DNA of 10,391 nucleotides from a bacterium (GTDB lineage: Bacteria; UBA8248): assembly GCA_965213685.1 (NCBI GenBank), contig CBDBZY010000054.1:1-10391 (forward strand). The letters run 5' to 3'. The translations under genes were made by a program, and so were the position numbers. Under the pieces are notes generated by a model, which was given only the letters and a program-made list of their open reading frames with translations, had not been told where the DNA came from and did not search any database. This document shows positions 1 to 6,941 of this stretch, piece by piece (the stretch's first letter is position 1; each line of letters begins with the position of its first letter).

Positions 1-1335
<1,335 letters not shown>

Positions 1336-1361
1336 TCACCGCCCACACGCGAAGGCCGCAC

Positions 1362-1389
1362 AGGGTAGCCCATCTTCCGCCCCATACAA
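1362..1389 (-). promoter_or_regulatory. Putative sigma70 promoter for eno
   Basis: TTGTAT (1389-1384), 16-nt spacer, TACCCT (1367-1362). Motif resemblance only. Confidence 0.3.
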
Positions 1390-1422
1390 AAGACGCGAGG
1401 GAGCCTGCGCGGCCCGCTCCGT

Positions 1423-1451
1423 TTGATCTCCCGAGCGCCGGATGGTATCGC
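1423..1451 (+). promoter_or_regulatory. Putative sigma70 promoter for the CoA-transferase gene
   Basis: TTGATC (1423-1428), 17-nt spacer ending TGG, TATCGC (1446-1451). The -10 lacks the last T, so the match is weak. Confidence 0.25.
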
Positions 1452-1485
1452 AATGGAAACGCCGTCCACACGCGAGGAAACCCGA

Positions 1486-2700
1486 ATGACGCCGCTGCAG
1501 GGCATACGTGTCCTGGACCTCAGCCGCCTGCTTCCGGGCGGACAATGCACCTTGATGCTGGCCGACATGGGGGCGGACGTCATCAAGGTGGAAGAACCGC
1601 GGCGCGGCGATTACATCCGCCTCGCGTCGCCTTTCGACGCGCATGGCGTCTCCCCCCTCCATCTTTGCTACAACCGCAACAAGCGCTCCCTCGCCCTGGA
1701 CCTCAAAAACGAACGCGGCACCTCCACGCTCCTCCGGCTGGTGCGGAGTGCGGACGCGCTCGTCGACAGCTTTCGCCCCGGCGTGATGGAGCGCCTCGGC
1801 ATTGGCCACCAGAGACTCCGACAGGAGAACCCGGCCCTCGTCCACTGCGCCATCACCGGATACGGACAAGACGGCCCGCTCGCGCAAACGCCGGGGCACG
1901 ACTTGAACTTCCAGGCGATGGGCGGCGTCGTGGAGCTCACCGGCGCAGCCGGCGGGCCTCCGCATGTGCCCGGGGTGCTCATCGGGGACGTGGGCGCCGG
2001 CATGTGGGCCGCCTTCGCGATTCTCGCGGCGCTGCGCCTCGCCGAACGAACGGGCACCGGGCAGTTCATCGACATGTCCATGCTCGATGCCGTGATGGGG
2101 TTTTTGTCCATCCACGGCCAAACGTACCTCTCGACGGGCCAGTCCCCGGGACGCGAGGAGATGCGGCACAACGGGCGAAGGCCGTGCTATCGCCTCTATC
2201 CCACGAAAGACGGCCGCATGCTCTCCGTGGCGTGCTCCGAGCCCAAATTCTGGGTGACGCTATGCAAACTCATCGGACGGGATGATTTGCGCGACGATTA
2301 CGGAGCCGGCGGCGCGCGCCGCGCGGAGGTGATTCAGGCGCTCAACCAAACCTTTCGGACGAAGACGCTCGAGGAGTGGACCGCCTTTTTCGAGGGGACA
2401 GACGTATGTGTGGCCCCGGCGTTGACCGCGCGCGAAAGTTTCGCCCACGAACAGGTGCGCGCGAGCGGGCTCGTGAGGGAATACCAGCATCCCGTCCAGG
2501 GAACCTACCCCGGCACGCGCCCGGCGCCCAGATTTTCAGACCTCCCGACGAGAGACTTCCTCCCCCCGCCCCGACTGGGCGAACATTCTTTGGAGATACT
2601 CCGCGAACACGGGTTCTCAGCCGATGAGATCGAACGCCTGATGGCGTCGGGCGCCTCCCACCAGGGCGCCGACCCAGTGGGGGAAACCATCAGCGAATGA
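1486..2700 (+). CDS. Class III CoA-transferase (CaiB/BaiF family), alpha-methylacyl-CoA racemase-like
   Basis: Motifs PLQGIRVLDLSRLLPG, LADMGADVIKVEEP, NRNKRSLALDLK, FRPGVMERLG, ITGYGQDGP, GHDLNF, LIGDVGAG (catalytic Asp) and PPRLGEH. ATG 1486 preferred because GAGG lies at 1474-1477. Confidence 0.93.
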   Translation: MTPLQGIRVLDLSRLLPGGQCTLMLADMGADVIKVEEPRRGDYIRLASPFDAHGVSPLHLCYNRNKRSLALDLKNERGTSTLLRLVRSADALVDSFRPGVMERLGIGHQRLRQENPALVHCAITGYGQDGPLAQTPGHDLNFQAMGGVVELTGAAGGPPHVPGVLIGDVGAGMWAAFAILAALRLAERTGTGQFIDMSMLDAVMGFLSIHGQTYLSTGQSPGREEMRHNGRRPCYRLYPTKDGRMLSVACSEPKFWVTLCKLIGRDDLRDDYGAGGARRAEVIQALNQTFRTKTLEEWTAFFEGTDVCVAPALTARESFAHEQVRASGLVREYQHPVQGTYPGTRPAPRFSDLPTRDFLPPPRLGEHSLEILREHGFSADEIERLMASGASHQGADPVGETISE

Positions 2701-2777
2701 ACCGAACGCGCATCGAGGACGCGACATCCGACAACCGAACGCGGGCGGACGAGCCCGGGGAGCGACGGGAGACGAAC

Positions 2778-3242
2778 TCATCCGTCATGGCCCCGTTCTC
2801 CGAGTTTCGCCAGTTCCGCCTCGAAATCCTTGAGGGTTCCGAATGAGCGATAGACGGACGCGAAGCGCACGTAGGCCACCTCATCCGCCTCCCGCAACTC
2901 TTCCATGAGCTTCTCGCCTATCGCGTTCGTCGATATCTCCTTCTCGCCAATGTCGAGAATATAGCGCTCCACCCGGTCGACTATCGCCTCCTGATCCTCC
3001 GCGGAGACGGGCCTTTTCTCCAGCGCCTTCTTGATGCCCGCGCTGATCTTTTCGCGCAGATAATTCACGCGCGTCCCATCTTTCTTGACGATGAGCGGCC
3101 AGGAGACTTCCGCCCTCTCATAGGTCGTAAAGCGGTGGGCGCATGCCTCGCATTCGCGCCGTCTGCGAATCGAGTTTCCCTCCTTGGTCATCCTGCTGTC
3201 GACCACCCTGCTCTCGGAATGACTGCAAATCGGACATTTCAT
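2778..3242 (-). CDS. nrdR: Transcriptional repressor NrdR (Zn ribbon plus ATP-cone)
   Basis: MKCPIC...VVDSR...[45 protein letters not shown]. Confidence 0.98.
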   Translation of the reverse strand: MKCPICSHSESRVVDSRMTKEGNSIRRRRECEACAHRFTTYERAEVSWPLIVKKDGTRVNYLREKISAGIKKALEKRPVSAEDQEAIVDRVERYILDIGEKEISTNAIGEKLMEELREADEVAYVRFASVYRSFGTLKDFEAELAKLGERGHDG

Positions 3243-3269
3243 ACGGATCCGCCCCGGGCGGCGGGGTCA

Positions 3270-3731
3270 TCAGGACGTGGGGTGGTGCGCATCCTCCATG
3301 TCGGCGATCTTGCCCAGACGGCGGGCGTGACGCCCGCCCTCAAATCCTGTCTCCAGCCAGACGGCCACAATTTTCCTTGCCGCATCCGGACGCACCACCC
3401 GGCCTCCCAGGGCCAGAACATTCGCATCGTTGTGCAAGCGGCTCATCCGCGCCGTCCACTCGCTATGGCACGCAACGGCGCGAACGCCCGGAAACTTGTT
3501 CGCCACGATGGCCATGCCCGCAGCCGAACCGCAACAGAAAATCCCCCGCTCCGACGCGCCCTCGCTCACCGAGCGGGCGGCGGGTTCGGCGTAGTCCGGA
3601 TAGTCGCAGGATTCTTCCGAGTGCGTTCCGAAATCATGGTAGGGAACCGCTCTGTCATCGAGCAGTTGCTTCACCGCCTCTTTCAGCGCATATCCCCCAT
3701 GATCAGCGGCCAGGGCGATGGAACGACTCAT
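3270..3731 (-). CDS. rpiB: Ribose-5-phosphate isomerase B (RpiB/LacA/LacB family)
   Basis: IALAADHGGYALK, DFGT...DYPDYA, CCGS, ANKFPGVRA, HNDANVLALGGR, FEGGRHARR. Confidence 0.95.
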   Translation of the reverse strand: MSRSIALAADHGGYALKEAVKQLLDDRAVPYHDFGTHSEESCDYPDYAEPAARSVSEGASERGIFCCGSAAGMAIVANKFPGVRAVACHSEWTARMSRLHNDANVLALGGRVVRPDAARKIVAVWLETGFEGGRHARRLGKIADMEDAHHPTS

Positions 3732-3767
3732 CGGGAATTCTCCGGGCTACGCACGATAATCTCCCAA

Positions 3768-3796
3768 AACCTAGGACGCGGAAAACCGTAAGTCAA
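3768..3796 (-). promoter_or_regulatory. Putative sigma70 promoter for rpiB-nrdR
   Basis: TTGACT (3796-3791), 17-nt spacer, TAGGTT (3773-3768), ending about 36 nt upstream of the rpiB ATG. Confidence 0.6.
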
Positions 3797-4041
3797 GCGA
3801 TCTCCCGCGCATTTTGCGGACGCCTCCGCCGCCCTTTCCCGCCCGAAGCGAGGCGTGGAGGGGAGCCCGTTGCCGGCAGACCAAAACCGGCAGGCTCCCC
3901 CATCCAGAGATGGGGCCCCGCACGCAACGCCGCCCGCACGCCGTTGCGCGGTCGCTCATTGCCTCTGTTTTCGCTCCACAGGACATATCCGACACGCGCA
4001 CCCGAAGGCGCGCGACGCGCGACCCCCGCACAGGGTCCCGC

Positions 4042-4191
4042 CGCGCACCAGAGGGTCTTTAATCGCGCACCAGAGGGTTTTAATATTAATATGGCTTCAG
4101 CTCCGTTGCGTCTTGGACCAGTCGCTCACATCGCTCACATCAACCTTGCAGAGCGCGCCAGAGGGTCTCAATATGGCTTCAGCTCCGTTGC
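4042..4191. repeat. Direct-repeat cluster that duplicates the 3' end of the LapA/TPR gene
   Basis: CGCGCACCAGAGGGT at 4042-4056 and 4064-4078, with a variant GCGCGCCAGAGGGT at 4153-4166. Identical 22-mer AATATGGCTTCAGCTCCGTTGC at 4088-4109 and 4170-4191. Tandem TCGCTCACA x2 at 4122-4139. Confidence 0.9.
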
Positions 4192-5439
4192 CGAAATGGA
4201 TTTTCCCAGCAGCATCCTGGACGCTTCCTGCGCCATTTGCTTGAGTTCGTTCTCGGCGGCCAGCCTCTCCCCCTTCTCCTGCAAGCAACGCGCCTCAATC
4301 AGATGAAGAGCCAGGCACACCCAGGAATCCTTCCCCTCCAGGGATACGGCGAGGGCGGAGGCCTTCTCCACGCTTTTGTCCACTTTCTCGATTTGTCCCG
4401 CCTCGAGCATCAACGCCGCGTGCAGCACATGGTGGTGGATGTCCTTCTCCCGGCGCCTGCCAGCGGCCTGGACGTGGGCCGCGGCTTTCTTTATCGCGGC
4501 GGGCGACTCCAGAGGCCCCAACGCCAACGCCAGCCTCTGCAGAAACTCCAAACCGCCCAGCTCCTGGTATCCATTCTCCCAGGTGCGCATGGCGCGCTTC
4601 TCGCGGCCCGCCGCCAGCTGGGCGTCGCCCAGCAAAAGGTGCGCTTTTTTCTCGCCCCCCAGACGGCGCAACGCTTGCTCCAGAAAAGGAATCGCCGCCT
4701 CCGGGCGGGACGCCTCCAGTTTCGCCTCCCCCGCCGCCAGGTAGGCGCGGCCCGCGACCCGATTGTCCGCTTGCCGATCCGGTTCGGACGCCTCCAGCCG
4801 CGCGAGCCTCTCGCACACCCCGATGGCGGCCTCGACGCGGCGCCTCTCCAGGTACATGTCCCGGAGTTTTCGCAGCACCAGGGGGCTCGCCCCCCTCCCC
4901 CCGGCGCTCTGCGCGAGGAGAGCGAGCGCCTCCTGCGTCTTGCCGGAACGATCGAGGGTCTCCGAGAGGCGGACAACGGCGTCGGGCGCGTTGTTCGTGG
5001 CGGCGCGAAGGCGCTCGTTCCATCGAATGGCGTCCTGGGAATTGCCGGCGTCCAGGGCCAGATCCGCAGCCAGCCTCAGAGCGGGGACGAAACGGGGGTC
5101 ATCCTTGAGGGCGCGCTTGAGCTCTCGCCGCGCGCGCCTTCTCTTGCCCTGCATTCGCAGGGTTTGCGCCCGGGCGAACCGCTCCTGGGCGCGGTGCAGG
5201 CGTTTTTGCCTTTTGCGGGTTCCCTGGCGCGAAAACCAGCCCAGCAGCGCTTCGCCCCACCCCAAAACGGAGGCCACGAGCGAGCCGAGGAGGGCCGCTC
5301 CCAGTACCACCAGAGCCAACGGCGCCCGAACGGACCAGGCCTCCGCCAGGCGCAGGTCGATGAATTCCCGGTTGTAGTGAAGAAAATAGACGGCAACAGC
5401 GACAGGAGCCGCCAGGGTGAGCAGGGTGCGAATTCTCAT
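4168..5439 (-). CDS. Membrane-anchored TPR protein with a LapA-like N-terminal domain (LapA/LapB-like fusion)
   Basis: Two TM segments around a LapA-like 'YFLHYNREFIDLRL...PLALVVLGAALLG', then a basic stretch and TPR-like helices (ALKDDPRFVPALRLAAD, AHLLLGDAQLAAGREKRAMRTWENG). No C-terminal CxxC...CxxC. Confidence 0.75.
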   Translation of the reverse strand: MRIRTLLTLAAPVAVAVYFLHYNREFIDLRLAEAWSVRAPLALVVLGAALLGSLVASVLGWGEALLGWFSRQGTRKRQKRLHRAQERFARAQTLRMQGKRRRARRELKRALKDDPRFVPALRLAADLALDAGNSQDAIRWNERLRAATNNAPDAVVRLSETLDRSGKTQEALALLAQSAGGRGASPLVLRKLRDMYLERRRVEAAIGVCERLARLEASEPDRQADNRVAGRAYLAAGEAKLEASRPEAAIPFLEQALRRLGGEKKAHLLLGDAQLAAGREKRAMRTWENGYQELGGLEFLQRLALALGPLESPAAIKKAAAHVQAAGRRREKDIHHHVLHAALMLEAGQIEKVDKSVEKASALAVSLEGKDSWVCLALHLIEARCLQEKGERLAAENELKQMAQEASRMLLGKSISATELKPY

Positions 5440-5460
5440 CGGCGGCTCGCCGCCCGGTGT

Positions 5461-5823
5461 CTAGCCGCCGCGCCTTTCCATCTCGTTCTGGGCCGCCACC
5501 GTGTAGCGCGCATAGGGAATCGCTTCCAGGCGGGAGTAGGGAATCGGCTCGTCCGACTCCTCACAAATACCATACATTCCTTCCTTGATCCTCTCGAACG
5601 CCGCCTCCACCTCGCGCAAACGCTCCCGCTCCCGCTCCCCCAAATCCATCAGCACCTGGCGCGAATAGGCGTCCGCGGCCATGTCCGCGATGTCCTGGAT
5701 TCCGTCATCGCCGATTTCCTTGGAGTGCGCCTTGCTCTTCTCCACGTCCCCGAGTATCTCCCGGCGCACCTCGGACAATCTCGCTTCCAGGCTTTTGAGC
5801 TGTTTTTTCGTCAAATGCTTCAC
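5461..5823 (-). CDS. dksA: DksA/TraR family RNA polymerase-binding factor with a single-Cys globular domain
   Basis: Coiled-coil tip DIADMA (DxxDxA), then AFERIKEGMYGICEESDEPIPYSRLEAIPYARYTVAAQ. GTG at 5823 has GAGG 7 nt upstream. Orthology to true DksA rather than a paralogue is not proven. Confidence 0.85.
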   Translation of the reverse strand: MKHLTKKQLKSLEARLSEVRREILGDVEKSKAHSKEIGDDGIQDIADMAADAYSRQVLMDLGERERERLREVEAAFERIKEGMYGICEESDEPIPYSRLEAIPYARYTVAAQNEMERRGG

Positions 5824-5852
5824 CTTGGAACCTCGACTTTCGTTCTGATGGC

Positions 5853-6209
5853 CTAGGCGCTGGACACCATCGGCTTGATGCTGGGCGCGTGCGACCACAA
5901 ATCCTCCAGGCGGTAAAAATCCCTGCTCCTCTCATCAAAGATGTGGAGGAGAAAATCGCCGCAATCCACCAATACCCAACTCCCCTCTTCCAGTCCTTCC
6001 ACGAACGATATGCTATCGCCCATTTCCTGAAGCTTCTCCCGCGCCGCCTCGCAAAGCGCCTTCACATGGCGGAGGCTCGTCCCGTGGCAAATCAAAAAAG
6101 CGTCCACCTCCGCCGAGAGGGGACGAAGGTCCAAGAGCACCACGTCCACCGCTTTTTTCGCTTCCAATGACTCCTGAAGAGCGCGAAGTCGATTCTCTAG
6201 CCTCTCGAT
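5853..6209 (-). CDS. rsfS: Ribosomal silencing factor RsfS (Iojap); start uncertain (ATC 6209 proposed, TTG 6167 in ORF track)
   Basis: KKAVDVVLLDL, DAFLICHGTS.RHVKAL, EG...SWVLVDCGD..LHIF...RDFYRLEDLW. The frame is open upstream to the nadD TGA and encodes the expected first helix (ERLENRLRALQESLEAKKA). Confidence 0.95.
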   Translation of the reverse strand: MERLENRLRALQESLEAKKAVDVVLLDLRPLSAEVDAFLICHGTSLRHVKALCEAAREKLQEMGDSISFVEGLEEGSWVLVDCGDFLLHIFDERSRDFYRLEDLWSHAPSIKPMVSSA

Positions 6210-6224
6210 GGGTTCGCATCCTCC

Positions 6225-6914
6225 TCAACAATCTGCGGAAACAACGCCCGAATGTCCATACAATCGGCGGCGAATTATAAAGAGTTCGACCTGATGTGGC
6301 AATAAATGCCGCAAAGAGGAGGCCTCCCTGACGCGCTGCCTGATCCGGGTTGCCGAAATGCGCACCTCGGTGATGGGGAGGAATTTTATCACCCGATTCT
6401 TCTTCGTCAGCCGCATCTCTTTTTCCGGGCCCTCATCCTGGACGCGGTAGTCCGGCTCGATTGCCTGAACCACGCGGAGGAGCGTCTGGAAATAGGCGGA
6501 AGAGTTCTGCTCCCCCCGCAAGGTGACGGCAAAGTGGACGGCGCCCAGCACCTCTCGGGGCCTGTGCCATGTCCCCAACTCGGCAAACGCATCCGCCCCG
6601 ATGATGAAGAACAGCTCGCCGCCATCCGGCATGCTCCTGGACATCTCCTCCACGGTATCGAGCGTATAGGACGTCCCCCCCCGCCGCACTTCCGTGGGGT
6701 CGCACGAATACGCGGGATAATCCTCTAGGGCGAGACGGACCATCTCCAGCCTGTCCGCCGCCGAGGCGATCTCGTCTTTTGGCTTGTGGGGCGGCGAAGC
6801 GGACGGCACGAACCGGAGCGCGTCAAGCGACAGCGCCGCGCGCACTTCCTCGGCGGAGCGGAGGTGCCCGTAGTGAATCGGGTTAAATGTCCCGCCCAGA
6901 ATCCCGATGCGCAA
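6225..6914 (-). CDS. nadD: Nicotinate-nucleotide adenylyltransferase
   Basis: RIGILGGTFNPIHYGH (HxGH), PSASPPHK, SYTLDT, FIIGADAF..LGTW, ISATRIR. TTG start with GGGGGAG upstream. Confidence 0.97.
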   Translation of the reverse strand: MRIGILGGTFNPIHYGHLRSAEEVRAALSLDALRFVPSASPPHKPKDEIASAADRLEMVRLALEDYPAYSCDPTEVRRGGTSYTLDTVEEMSRSMPDGGELFFIIGADAFAELGTWHRPREVLGAVHFAVTLRGEQNSSAYFQTLLRVVQAIEPDYRVQDEGPEKEMRLTKKNRVIKFLPITEVRISATRIRQRVREASSLRHLLPHQVELFIIRRRLYGHSGVVSADC

Positions 6915-6941
6915 TCGCTCCCCCCAGGTCTGCGCCAGCCG

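Noticed and set aside
2701-2777. Bidirectional intrinsic terminator between the converging CoA-transferase and nrdR genes
   Set aside because: No strong stem with a U-tract is visible on either strand.
4058-4071. dif/Xer site (minus-strand GGTGCGCGATT resembles the XerC arm GGTGCGCATAA)
   Set aside because: No XerD arm (TTATGTTAAAT-like) follows at 6-bp spacing.
4080-4095. NrdR box in the AT-rich palindrome
   Set aside because: It lacks the CAC/GTG-type flanks of the NrdR consensus and lies about 290 bp from the predicted rpiB-nrdR promoter.
4042-4191. CRISPR mini-array or DGR template/variable repeat pair
   Set aside because: Only two full units, one of which is coding sequence, and no cas or reverse transcriptase gene in the window. 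The shared coding part is identical and too short for adenine-specific TR/VR divergence.
3143-4306. 387-aa plus-strand ORF and short ORFs within the 3732-4167 gap
   Set aside because: Arg/Pro/Ala-rich low-information translations with no motif or convincing RBS; the long one overlaps real genes.
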